From NCBI RefSeq assembly GCF_009914755.1, contig NC_060925.1: 64,000 bases of DNA; one strand, 5' to 3'. The notes under the pieces were generated by a model that saw only the letters and a program-made list of their open reading frames with translations, made no database searches and was not told the origin of the DNA. Below, piece by piece: positions 41,547 to 57,844 of this stretch (position 1 is its first letter; each line of letters begins with the position of its first letter). The position numbers were made by a program, and so were the translations under genes. Origin of the DNA: the human T2T-CHM13v2.0 reference genome, Homo sapiens.

Positions 41547-42099
41547 TCTGGTGATTAATATTAAGTGTCAACTGGATTGGATTAAGAGTGCAAAGTATTG
41601 TTTCTGAGTGTGTCTGTGAAGGTGTTGCAAGAGAAGATTAACATTTGAGTCAGTGGACTGGGAGAGGAAGATCCACCCTCAATGTGGGTGGGCATCATGC
41701 AATCGGCTGCCAGTGCAGCTAGAAAAAGGAGGCGAAAGAAGGTGGAATAAGCTGGTTTGCTGAGTTTTCCGGCTTTCATCTTTCTCCTGTGCTGGTTGCT
41801 TCCTGCCCTTGAACTTCAGACTCTGGGTTCTTCAGCCTTTGGATTCTTGGACTTAACAATAGTGTTAGCCAGGGACTCTCACCTTCAGCCACAGACTGAA
41901 GGCTGCACTGTTGGCTTCCCTACTTTTGAGGCTTTGGGACTGGGACTGAGCCACTACTGGCATCTTGTTCCTCAACTTGCAGAAGGCCTATTGTAGGACT
42001 TCACTGTGATCACGTGAGTCAATTCTCCTTAATAAACTCCCTTTCATATATGCATACATTCTATTCGTTCTGTCCCTTTGGAGAACCCTAACTAATACG
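41547..42099 (+). mobile_element. MLT2A-type (HERV-L) solo LTR
   Basis: Start gattaatattaagtgtcaact.gattggatt; aataaactccc poly(A) signal; end gagaaccctaactaatac; 5-bp TSD ctgcc at 41542-41546 and 42100-42104. Confidence 0.9.
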
Positions 42100-42459
42100 C
42101 TGCCCTTTCTTCTTTTCCTTTTCTAGCAGACTTTTGCCTGTCCTGTGGCCCAGAAACAGCAGTTCTGAGCTACAAATCTGGTTTCAGTAGGATAGTAGCC
42201 CAGAAAGCCAGTACGGTAAGCTTGAGTACACCAACCTCCAGCTTCAAGTCTGTTCATTTACCCCAAGCCATGCACCAACCTATCTCAAGATGACTGAAGT
42301 CAACATAGCATGATCAAGAAACAAGCCTAAAACTACATGTCAGAAGTAAAGCATAAGGAGCTGATACTTTTTAATTATGAAATATCAAAAATTAAAATGC
42401 TTAATTATTAGAAATGATGTTATAATTATAAGATCATTAGAAATGACGTTATAGTAACA

Positions 42460-42675
42460 ATAGTGGCCACCATTCATTGAATTCCTACATCTGTTTTTTA
42501 TCATTCTAGCCACTATAACTACATTATCAATAATAATTCTATGAGGAAGATATTATTACAAACCCTCTCCCCTTTATACCTAAAGAAACTATTTAAGTAA
42601 CTCACCCAAGGTCATAGAGTTTGGATTCCAGCCCAGGTCTCTCTGATGCCAAATCAGTATTCTTTTTACTTACAA
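42460..42675 (+). mobile_element. MIR fragment
   Basis: ttaagtaactcacccaaggtcatag..ggattccagcccaggtctctctgatgccaaa. Confidence 0.6.
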
Positions 42676-44360
42676 TCTATAGTACTCTCTTACTCAAATT
42701 TAAATAAATGATTCTCTCAGAAAGTAACAAATTTGATACAAACTACCATTGATTTTAGACATATAAATAAATCTGATGTTCAAAACTATTTTATTGGTTT
42801 CTTGGGCATATATATAAGTTGTTTCATCATCCTTAGAAGTTTTCTACATTTGAGAAACTAACAACATAAGTTATTGAAGTGTGCTATTTCTTGGGTCATC
42901 CTCAATATTGTACATTTTATAATAACAGCTCCCATAAGACAAAAGCATTCAATAGAAATTTATGAAATGAATGCACAAATTCTATCTTTAGCTTTTTAGT
43001 AAGCAGTGTCAACTTAGAGTGCTCCACAAATATTAGTGATTATTATAATTACCTCAATTAAAAAGTACCAAAAGAACTAATGAGGTTTGGTGAACTCCTA
43101 AAGGATTTTCTACATGTCTAAAATTTTTGAGCCTTAATTTCAAGTCTCTTATAAATATTTTTGAATTGATATTGCAGAGATTTATCTATAGACTTTTTAT
43201 CTTTATTCAGAATCTATTAAAATTATAGAACTCAAATATATTTGACTTCCAAGGATACTTGAAATTCTTAGCCCAAAATAGTTTTATATTGGATTGAAAT
43301 GATGTCTTTAAAAAATATATATTTATATTACAGATTTACATATTTTATTGACTAAGTGAGGAATACTGAATTCATGAGACAAACCTGGTAGAAAGTATAT
43401 TTAAAGCTACTAAAATAGCTATGAAGGAGTAACTACATGAGTGGATTTCCAGGTCATAGAATCAGTTCAACTAAAATGTTACAGGAAATCTATTTCTAGC
43501 TGTCCAATTAATTAAATAGATTTAAAGACTAATACTTGATATGCCAAGGGCAGAACAAAAGCCTAGCCTAGAGGGATTGGATCCTCTTCTTTTTCTAGCC
43601 CCCTTTATTTCTAGGAGTCCATTACACCTAGATTTTGTTTGCATTTGTCTCAGTTTGCTTCATTCTGTACATTTCCAAGTCTTTTCTTGATAATAATTTT
43701 ATTCCCCTGTCTGCCTTCTCCTGGCAACAGCTGACCTGGCTGCAAGCCCAAAACCTGGTAAATGACAAATCACTACCAGATGAAGCTGCAAGTTTTACAT
43801 AGAGTATTTCCTTCAGGCTCAGAAACTTTGAGGCCCAATAAAATTACTGGAGTGATTCAGAATCACGGGGAGATCTATTTTTTGTGAAAATTTGTTAGGT
43901 TCTGCTAAATGATACAGCAGTAATAAAGAGTCTCATTAAAAATTTTCAAAATCAGAAAATAGAAAATAAGTTGCCAAGGGCCAGGAGAAATTATAATGGT
44001 GACTGGGAAAAAAGTTATTAAGCAAATGATTACATGACAAATTCTCTGCTTTTAAATTATTTTCCTAAGTTTTTTTAATTTAAAAATGTATTATAAAAAA
44101 GTATACATAATTTTTTATTGAAACATTAGAAACCAGACACTTCAAAGAATAAAATCACACACTCTCACCATTAAAATATTTGACTATATCCTTTTTTAAA
44201 AAGTTCTGTTACTTTTTTATTTAAATATTAAATATAGTATCGATATATAACATTCTAACGAACAAATAATAAAACTTTACTTTTAAAAACTTTATTATTA
44301 TTTGGGTTTAAAGATGGGTTTTTAAGAGTATATGTACAATAATTTTTCTAGGATCTAATG

Positions 44361-44584
44361 CAAGCTTGTCCAACCCACAGCCTGTGGGCCGCATGCAGCC
44401 CAGGACGACTTTGAATGCGGCCCAACACAAATTTGTAAATTTTCTTAAAACACGTTTTATGAAATATTTTTGAAATTTTTTTTTTTAGCATATCAGCTAT
44501 CATTAGTGTTAGTGTATTTTGTGCAGCCCAAGACAATTCCCTTTCCAATGTGGCCCAAGGAAGCCAAAAGATTGGACACCCCTG
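44361..44584. mobile_element. MER30-type hAT-Charlie MITE
   Basis: Termini caagcttgtccaa / ttggacacccctg; ctttgaatgcggcccaacacaaatt internal motif. Confidence 0.9.
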
Positions 44585-45809
44585 AATGAATAAAAAAACA
44601 GAAATAAAAAATTTAGTTCTATAACTAACAATAAAAACAAAACTACTTATGGGAATCACAAATAAAAGTCTCTTAATAGGCCTTTCTAATATTTTTAGAA
44701 ATATTATAAAGAGGTGGAATTTTTCACCTCTTAGAGTCTTAAGAATCTACCTTCCTTAGTCCTCAGCGATAAATATCAGATTTTTTAAAATCTTACTTTA
44801 TCCCACATGCCATATAACTTGTTCTGAAAAACAGTTGGAAAACTATTTCCTAAATATATGTGGTATTATTTGGGGGCAATGCTGATGACATTTAGAATGG
44901 TTATATACACAGGTAGAAAACGTACAGGGTCTACGAAATTAAAACTGAACATCTGTAAAATGCTTTGTAAAAGAATGTAAAAAGGTTATAAATCAATTTG
45001 TGGGTGTTTAAAGCAACGCATATTTGCCCTGCACTTTGCAGATTTGATTTATTCTCAGCTTAATGATGTTTACATAGGTTAAGCCTTCAGCAAAGTTCAA
45101 GGAGCCAAATTTCTCCATAATTCCCTCCCACCAAGGTATCCTCATTAAATTTTGGTATAATGGCAAGATCTTGCAATCAGAAGACCTAGGTTTTTATCCT
45201 TCGCCCCTTACTAACTATGCAAAGTTAAGAATCTTACTAAATATAATCCTCCATTTCCATATCTTTAAGAACGAAAATTTGGTAATGGCTATTTGATGGT
45301 CACTCTTTAAGCATTACTTTTAGGATCAAAATCAAAGAGATATTATATACAGGTAAAATTCCTTTTTAAACAGTAGTGCACTCCATAAGACAAGAAAATG
45401 TTATTCTTAAAACTGTCTTCTCTGGTCTGGCAATATTTATGCTGCACCTTCTCTTTCATCTTCACTCCCCCTTTGAAATGAACTAATACAAAAATTAGCC
45501 TCCTAAATCTTAGAGCTAATTCAATTATGTGATTATAAGAGACCTAGAGCACTACCTAAGAAATATTACTGCATTTCTTGGGGCAAAGATCCCAGTTCCC
45601 ACAATGTTAGCTAACTTATTAGTAAATTTCCCCATGGGAATTAAGACCTTGGCAGACAAACAGTAAACTTCTGCTTACAAAAGGTTTTTGCAAACTGACC
45701 ACTTTCACATTTTTCCTGAAACATCAATTTAGACAAAGCAGATGTGAATTTGAAGTGAATAAACCTTTTTACTACAGCAAGAAGAATGGGAGTTATTGAC
45801 ATTAAAAAG

Positions 45810-46960
45810 GGAGGCGGAGATATGTAAAATTGAACTCGAAAGTTTATCCTTTTATTCGTAAAAGAAAAAAATATAGAATTACTATAAAGTAACTCCCACC
45901 CCCCTACTCCTTCCCTTCCTCCCTAAAAGAGTACGCTTTGGCTGTGGGACTGACTGCTGGATGTTGTAGTGTTTTTTGTTTCTTTGTTTGTGTTGTACGT
46001 AAAAGTCTGAAGGAATTTCAGAGTCTATTAAAGTTATCACTTCTTTAACATTACACTTAAGACGAATAAGCCAAGGACTATCTTAAAGACAGAAATATCA
46101 AACCCTTATCCCCAATCTACTCTATCCATTAGAGAAAATAGGGTACATTGAGGGGGATGAACATTTTTCTTAAAGGGACAAATACTCATTCTTTTGAAAC
46201 TCTTCCCAACGTAGTGTCAAAAAAATTAACTACATTGCTTTATGACGGTAACATAAAAAGAATAAAATTAAAACAATGCACGCTTTTAAAATTAGTTAAG
46301 AAAATGGCTGGGGCACCATTTTTTTCTGTCACTATTAATTATTACCCATTTTAAACTGCAAATTTGCAGTGTAATGTTCTGTTGCTCAGAAAAACAAACA
46401 AAAAATTTCTATCCCCTGACTGAGATAAACTCCCTTCATGTGGACTTTTCCGATTTGCAAAGTCGTCTTCCCAGCTTCCCTCTGTCTTTCTCCCTGGCCT
46501 GGAGCCACTCCCTGGGTAAGGGCCACCCAAGGCTGACACTGAATGAATTCCAGGCAAATTCCATAGCCAGTCGGACTTTTTTCCTCTTGTACAGAGTAGT
46601 ACAGTAAATGGTTATAATAATTAAAGCAGCATCGTTGAGCTCTGAGTGCTTAAGGTTGATGACCCCCAAAAATGAAATTTCAGTGAGCTGAAGATGGAAG
46701 TAAAAGAAACTTCAAAGGATCGTGTCTAGACGACACCTTCCTGTCTCAGAGAATTGCTTGCAACGTCCACTTCGATGCAGACAAGCGAGAAGGAAAGCCT
46801 GTCAAAGTTCATTGACCATAGGTAATGATACAGGGTAATTTCTTCTGATAATGTCACCCAAAAAGGAAATTCTACAGACCAAACCGATTAAGACCTCAAG
46901 GGAAATATATGAACAAAATTGTTTTTTGTTTTTTGCTTTTGTTGGGGGGTTGTCGGGAGG
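45810..46960. promoter_or_regulatory. candidate regulatory element (no repeat recognised, CpG-retaining)
   Basis: About 20 CpGs in ~1.15 kb by manual count versus about 5 in 42100-44340; GC-box-like gggaggcgg at ~45808; function is inferred only. Confidence 0.35.
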
Positions 46961-48598
46961 AGAGTATAGTTCTGGATGGGATTTTTAAATTGATTAGGAC
47001 CTTTTTTTGTAGAGGGAGAGAAAATGAAACTAAATTTTTTAAAAATACTGTGATACGTAAAAGATATGTCTTTTACAAGTTTCCATTATATATTTATGAA
47101 CCCTTATATCCTTGGTTCCTTACAATCAAAAACCATGTGCCTTACCGAGAGGAACACAGCTATTTCTTTGAAAAGAAAGAAGTTGATTTGGCAACTCTAA
47201 TAGTTTATATCTTACTATATGTTTCTGAAATGAGACAGAAATACATGGTTTGTGATTAGCTGAATTGATTTTATGTGAATATATATTTAGTATGAACACG
47301 TTTATAGCATACATTTATTCATGTATAAACAGTGTGACTAAAGAATAAATAGAAATTTTAGTAATTTCAAGCTGTCTTATGTGAGATATCTAGTGTTTAT
47401 TATTATATTATGTTTATATTTTTATCTAAAGTGAATTTTTTAATGAAGACATAATTTTGTGTTTTAAATTATTTTATTTTCTCCATTTGTCCAAATTGCC
47501 TTTAAATTGCCTCTTAAAAAGTGTGAGTGTTTTAGCTCTTTATAATGACCACCGAGTCAGTGGGCTGATTTATCTTGAAGTACATGTGTATATTAACGAA
47601 GTGTACTTCACATTCCAAGATAATACATCTGGTGATTTATAGCCATATGAATGTGAACAGGCTGTGAAAGGCTGATCTTGCCAGCCATCCCTGGCAGGCT
47701 ATATGGATGAAAATAACTCTTTGATCCTATAGCTAGCTACAAACTAGGGTAGCTAGTCAGGTGGGTCTATCTCCCTGTTTATCAGAGTGGGTCCTATATT
47801 ATCCTGCATTATTTGAAAATAGGCTTTGCTGTACCCCTTTTCTCACTTAGTTTGACACCTCAGTAGGCACCCTCACTGATACTTCCATATCTCACTCTGG
47901 GATAGTGAAACACTCACTCTCTACAACTTCTATGAGATTGCAACCTTCTTCCAATGTAGTTTTCTGTAAAATAAGACTCATATGTGATAGTCATGACTAT
48001 TTTTAAAAGTTGTCCATGATATTCTGGAACTTTGATTTGGTGAGAAGCATAAAACCATATCAACAGCCACATTTACCAACCCTAATTTGGTTTCCTGTTT
48101 TTCTTTAAATATGCTATTGAACAGTATGACTCAGGTATCAAAATTCTAATAACCATTAGTTATTTATTACTAATGAAATTACATGCTTCTACAGTAAAAT
48201 TGCTGTAATTTAGGCTAAGAGAAAAGAGTAATTACAAACTAGGAAAAGTCTCATTTGAAACTTAAAAGCTGTTATCACTGTTATTACTTTTCAGATTATT
48301 ACTTAAATTACAAGTAATATATATTCTATATTATTATTTAGGTCATACTTTTAGGACTAATACATTTTGCCTGGGAGACATCTTTAGAAAACTTGCTTAT
48401 TTAAAATTTCAACACTTATGTTTTTCTGATTATGAAAGTAATTAGGGATGCATTACAAAAAAATGTGAAATGCAAAAACATTTAAAGAAGAAAATAAAAA
48501 TCACTGATCACCAACATTTTGACACATTTCATTCTATTCTTGTTTTCCATATATTATTTTGCATATAGTTGAGATCATACTTTACATGACTTTTTTTT

Positions 48599-48737
48599 AA
48601 TTATACTTTTTTAGGGTTCATGTGCACAACATGCAGGTTTGTTACATATGTATACATGGGCCATGTTGGTGTGCTGCACCCATTAACTCGTCATTTAACA
48701 TTAGGTATATCTCCTAATGCTATCTCTCCCCCATCCC
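48599..48737 (-). mobile_element. short 5'-truncated primate L1PA 3' end
   Basis: catgtgcacaacatgcaggtttgttacat..gctgcacccattaactcgtcatttaacattaggtatatctcc; TSD-like gacttttttt (48588) / gacttgtttt (48738). Confidence 0.9.
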
Positions 48738-49049
48738 GACTTGTTTTTAATTATATCATAATCATCTCACTCTTCAGAAAAATTATTTTAATAACTATAT
48801 AATACTCTATCCTAGAAACATATCTTAATCATGTACCTAATATGAATATCTTGCTTGCTACAAATAACTTGCTATTAATGACAACAAAAAAAGCTGTATA
48901 TACTCCTTCTGCACAAAATTAGAGGCAACCAGCACAAACTTTTTTAAAGCTCCCTCCTTTCATATTTAAAAATAAACTAATGCTCTGCAGTTAGTAGTAG
49001 TGAACAAAAAGCAGCAGAGAAGAAAATACCCATGACTTTCTTCTTGTGC

Positions 49050-49760
49050 AACTATATTCTGTCGCATTTCCTTCCAGTCTTTTTTCTTTCATTTTAACAC
49101 ATTTGAAATTATTTTGCATATAGAATTTTGTATCCAGCTTTTCTTGCCTAACATATCTGAAGCACTTTCATGACATTAAAATTATTTATAGTATTTATTG
49201 TTGTTTTAGTGACTTATTAATAACTACATTAGGTTTCATCACTTGAGTAAAGTATAATTTACCCAACCACATCTCTAGGCATTTAGACAGTTTACAATTT
49301 TTTCTTATTATAAATAGGGCTGTGCCAAATCTCTTTGAGTGTAAATCTTTATGAGCATTTTATATTATTTTCTTTGCATATATTTCTTAAAAAGGGAATA
49401 CAGCATTATAAACCTCTTAAAGGTTTTTTTGCTATATTGTTTTAAGCTATATCAGTTTTTACTCCCAGCAAGAATGTAAATTACTTTCACCGACACCAGC
49501 ATTATCTTTTAGGCTTTGCTAATCTGATTTGTGAAAAAGGTAATTTAATTACTCTACTATTTGCATTTTACCAGATACAATGAGGTTAATTTTTTAATAT
49601 ATATTTCGTAGCCATTTGTAATTCTTCTTTTACAGAATGGTCATACCTTTTGTCCATTTATCTATGGGACTTACTGCTTAATGACTTGTATGAACACTTT
49701 ATACAACAAGGTTATCAATTCTTGGTCACATTTGTTGCAAATGTATTACACCTTAGAACA
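49050..49760 (-). mobile_element. L1ME-type ancient LINE fragment
   Basis: Decayed antisense ORF2 C-terminal motifs (tttactcccagcaagaatg; ctttgctaatctgat; tagccatttgta). Confidence 0.6.
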
Positions 49761-49867
49761 TTTATTGTTTAAATAATACACAAGACCATACTTTGTAAAA
49801 TATACAAGATATGTTATTTAACATAATCATAGTTTATACAGAAATGCTATCTCAAAAAAGTCCCTGA

Positions 49868-50193
49868 GGCTGGGCATGGTAGCTCACGTCTGTAATAATC
49901 CCAAAACTTTGGGAGACTGGGGTGGGCAGATGACTTGAGCCCAGGTGTTTGAGACCAGCCTGCACTACATGGCAAAACACTGTCTCTACAGACAATACAA
50001 AAAAATTAGCCAGGCATGATGGCATGCACCTGTAGTCTGAGCTACTCGAAGGCTGAAGTGAGAGGATTGCTTGAGCCTGGGAGGTTGAGGCTGCAGTGAA
50101 CCCTGATTGTGCCACTGCACTCCAGGCTGGGAAACAGAGTGAGATCCTGTCTTGAAAATAAATAAATAAATAAATAAATAAAAGATAAAAGAT
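49868..50193 (+). mobile_element. AluJ-type SINE
   Basis: Full dimer, (AAAT)n tail, perfect 13-bp TSD aaaaagtccctga at 49855-49867 and 50194-50206. Confidence 0.95.
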
Positions 50194-50742
50194 AAAAAGT
50201 CCCTGAAATATTCTGAATGTTACTAAAATAATATTGCATAAATTATTCATGAGTATTCTCTCTAAAGAAAGGAAGACTCCATTTATATGATCACCAACTC
50301 TAAATTAGCAGAGTTTGAATTAATAAAGATTCTCTGAAGGTAGATTAGACACATTACCTCTCTGTCACTTTAAAGACTAGAGATGATTATAAAATGATAA
50401 TGACAATTCACATTTTTTTGTTTTGTTTTCACATAGGAAATCATGTGCACATGCAGAGATCTTCCAGATTCAGACACTGCTGTAGGAATTTGTTTTTGCA
50501 GCCTATTGAGTATAAAAACATTTCCAGAAGATAAGAAACAATCAACTTCAGGTCCCCTATGACATCATTAATTATGAACGAGTACAATAAGCAAACTAGT
50601 GATAATATAATGAACATATTTTTTAAAGTGGAAAAAATTAAACCAATATGGCAAAAACTCTTCCTTTCATTACATTAATAATAGAAAATAGATTTCATAA
50701 AAAATACTATTTCATTTTAATTCACTCAAAATGATAAAAGGG

Positions 50743-51040
50743 GCTTGGTGCGGTGGCTCACGCCTGTAATCCCAGCACTTTGGACGCCTGAGGCAGGCAG
50801 ATAGCTTAAGCCCAGGAGCTGGAGACCAGCACTGGCAACAAAGTGAGACCCCCACTTTTTTGTTTTAAAATTTAGCCCAGCATAGCAGCATGCACCTGCA
50901 GTCCCAGCTACTGGAAGGATGGGGGCGTGGCTGAGGCTGAGTTGGGAGGATCATTTGAGCCCCAGAATCAGAAGTTGCAGTGAGCTGATATTGCATCACT
51001 GCACTCCGTCCTGGGCAACAGAGCGAGACTCTGCCTCGAG
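50743..51040 (+). mobile_element. AluJ-type SINE
   Basis: Dimeric Alu with a T-rich altered linker and a short insertion in the right arm. Confidence 0.9.
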
Positions 51041-51071
<31 letters not shown>

Positions 51072-51135
51072 TATATATACATATGTATATATATGTATAT
51101 ATATGTGTGTATATATATATATGTATATATGTATT
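51041..51135. repeat. (TA)n/(CA)n/(TG)n compound microsatellite at Alu tail
   Basis: Direct reading. Confidence 0.92.
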
Positions 51136-51332
51136 TATCGTGATTAAACAAAACTCAAATGACAAATTGTCTTTCTAGCTCCACAAAGCCTTTTAAATAC
51201 TTAATTGTGTTATATAGCTTTAAATTATTTTGTAAGTTATAAAAAGCTAATACAATTATCATTCATGCCTTTATATTTTGATGCTTTGAGGGGTTAACAA
51301 ATTCTGAGTAAAAACATTCATTTAAGAAATCC

Positions 51333-51472
51333 AGGCTAGTTATGGTGGCTCACGCCTGTAATCTCAGCACTTTGGGAGGCCAAGGCTGGAGGATCACTTG
51401 AGTCCAGGAGTTGGAGATGAGCCTGGGCAACAGAGTAAGACCTCATCTCCACAAAAAAATAAACAAAATTAG
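51333..51472 (+). mobile_element. Alu left monomer (FLAM/AluJ fragment)
   Basis: ggtggctcacgcctgtaatctcagcactttgggaggccaagg..aaaattag, then similarity stops. Confidence 0.88.
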
Positions 51473-52938
51473 TTGTTTTCTTCCTTTTAAAAATCTACGT
51501 TTTTTTCTACAGGATCCAACAAAGTGAAGAAACAATCTTTTATCATTTAAAAATGTAACCCATCCTGCATGTGAGATTTTGGGTGGTTTTTGTTTGTATG
51601 TTTAATATTTTAACTTTTAGTAAGTATATATACCATATTTATAGTTAGAACAAATGACACAGAATGATTTTTAATTGGCCCCAAAACATTTTTCTAGTTT
51701 GTCTTCATGGCAAAAAAAAAAAAAAAAAAAAAGTTAGTAGTCCAAAAAATTAAGCCTTGAAGTCATCATATCTACTATTATAATTAATCAAATAAGCAGT
51801 TCACATATAACAACTGTTTCTGGCTCAAAATTATACTTTTTTAAACAATTGTAATGACTAGCAATCCATGTATGGCTTTCTTTTCAAGCATTTCTGCACC
51901 ATCTAAGTAGCTCATGAGCACTCTTGGTTTTTTCTCCATTCAAAGTAAGTCAAACATAAAACAAATCTACCTTGATTCACATACAAGGGCTTTGTGCCTA
52001 ATGATATGGACATAATGAAACAGCTGGTACCATGTCTTTGATGAACCAAATAGAATGCAGCTAAGAAAATAAAAGTCAAGTTTCCAACTCTAAAGCACTT
52101 TTACTTTGTATAAACATAGCTCATTATTTCACATTATAAAATGTGAAAATATATCCAGTGTTGGCATAGCTTATAAAGTGCAAAAAACAAACAAACACAA
52201 AACCCAAAATAGCCTATGCTCTTCATTGTAGTGTCTTTTTAGTTTCATTGAACACATCAACTATTTCAAAATGCCTTTCTCAAGATTTTTAGGGGTTTTT
52301 TTTGGGGGGGGGCCTTGACATTGGCTTTAAACATTTTGGAACATGTTCATTTTCTTATTTGTGTTCACACAGAGGAATTCATATGAAATTAATGCCTACA
52401 CTCTAATTCTAAATTTTAATGCCCAGTTGTTTAAAATAACATAATCTTAATAAATGCTCTATTTACTAATTATAATATAGTATTACATCCTATTAGACAG
52501 ACATAAGTATGATTAGCAAACAATTATAAATGCTAACTACATTTATAATTATCTCATGTTAAACATTATAAAATATTATATACAATATTATATAATATGT
52601 TACTGCATAACATTATCAAACTTAATTATGATTATTTATACATATTTGGTTATGAGGAATAAAACTATAATCTAATGCCTTTTAAAACATAAACTAGCAT
52701 TTCAATTTTTATTACTTTTTTAAAAAAATTATTATTCTACTTTAAGTTTTAGGGTACATGTGCATAATGTGCAGGTTAGTTACATAAGTATACATGTGCC
52801 ATGCTGGTGCGCTGCACCCACTAACTCGTCATCTAGCATTAGGTATATCTCCCAATGCTATCCCTCCCCCCTCCCCCCACCCCACAACAGTCCCCAGAGT
52901 GTGATGTTCCCCTTCTTGTGTCCATGTGTTCTCATTGC

Positions 52939-56779
<3,841 letters not shown>

Positions 56780-56827
56780 TTATTTTGCTCGTTTGTTGAT
56801 GCAGTTTCTTCCTAGTCTCAATGGTCT

Positions 56828-57844
56828 TTACATTTTGGCATGATTTTGCAGTGGCTCGTACCGGTTGTTCCTTTCCATGTTTAGCGCTTCCTTCAGGAGC
56901 TCTTTTAGGGCAGGCCTGGTGGTCATAAAAATCTCTCAGCATTTGCTTGTCTGTAAAGTATTTTATTTCTCCTTCACTTATGAAGCATAGTTTGGCTGGA
57001 TATGAAATTCTGGGTTGAAAATTCTTTTCTTTAAGAATGTTGAATATTGGCCCCCACTCTCTTCTGGCTTGTAGCGTTTCTGCCAAGAGATCCGCTGTTA
57101 GTTTGATGGGCTTCCCTTTGAGGGTAACCCGACCTTTCTCTCTGGCTGCCCTTAACATTTTTTCCTTCATTTCAACTTTGGTGAATCTGACAATTATGTG
57201 TCTTGGAGTTGCTTTTGTCGAGGAGTATCTTTGTGGCGTTCTCTGTATTTCCTGAATCTGAACGTTGGCCTGCCTTGCTAGATTGGGGAAGTTCTCCTGG
57301 ATAATATCCTGCAGAGTGTTTTCCAACTTGGTTCCATTCTCCCCGTCACTTTCAGGTACACCAATCAGACGTAGATTTGGTCTTTTCACATAGTCCCATA
57401 TTTCTTGGTGGCTTTGCTCGTTTCTTTTTATTCTTTTTTCTCTAAACTTCCCTTCTTGCTTCATTTCACTCATTTCATCTTCCATCACTGATACCTTTCT
57501 TCCAGTTGATCGCATCGGCTCCTGAGGCTTCTGCATTCTTCATGTAGTTCTCGAGCCTTGGTTTTCAGCTCCATCAGCTCCTTTAAGCACTTCTCTGTAT
57601 TGGTTATTCTAGTTATACATTCTTCTAAATTTTTTTCAAAGTTTTCAACTTCTATGCCTTTGGTTTGAATGTCCTCCCATAGCTCAGAGTAATTTGGTCG
57701 TCTGAAGCCTTCTTCTCTCAGCTCGTCAAAGTCATTCTCCGTCCAGCTTTGTTCCATTGCTGGTGAGGAACTGCGTTCCTTTGGAGGAGGAGAGGTGCTC
57801 TGCTTTTTAGAGTTTCAAGTTTTTCTGCTCTGTTTTTTCCCCAT
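56828..57844 (-). pseudogene. L1 ORF1 (RNA-binding/chaperone protein), disrupted
   Basis: ATG GGG AAA AAA CAG at 57844; TGA at codon 10; frameshifts at ~57495 and ~56925; WDYVKRPNLRLIGVPE and ARREWGPIF motifs. Confidence 0.95.

Noticed and set aside
46909-47259. 116-aa ORF with a hydrophobic N-terminus resembling a signal peptide
   Set aside because: Hydrophobicity comes from a T-rich tract; AT-biased composition with no recognisable domain
52862-52882. G-quadruplex-forming tract (and a G-run at 38328-38350)
   Set aside because: Standard L1 3' UTR polypurine tract; the other is a simple G-run inside an LTR
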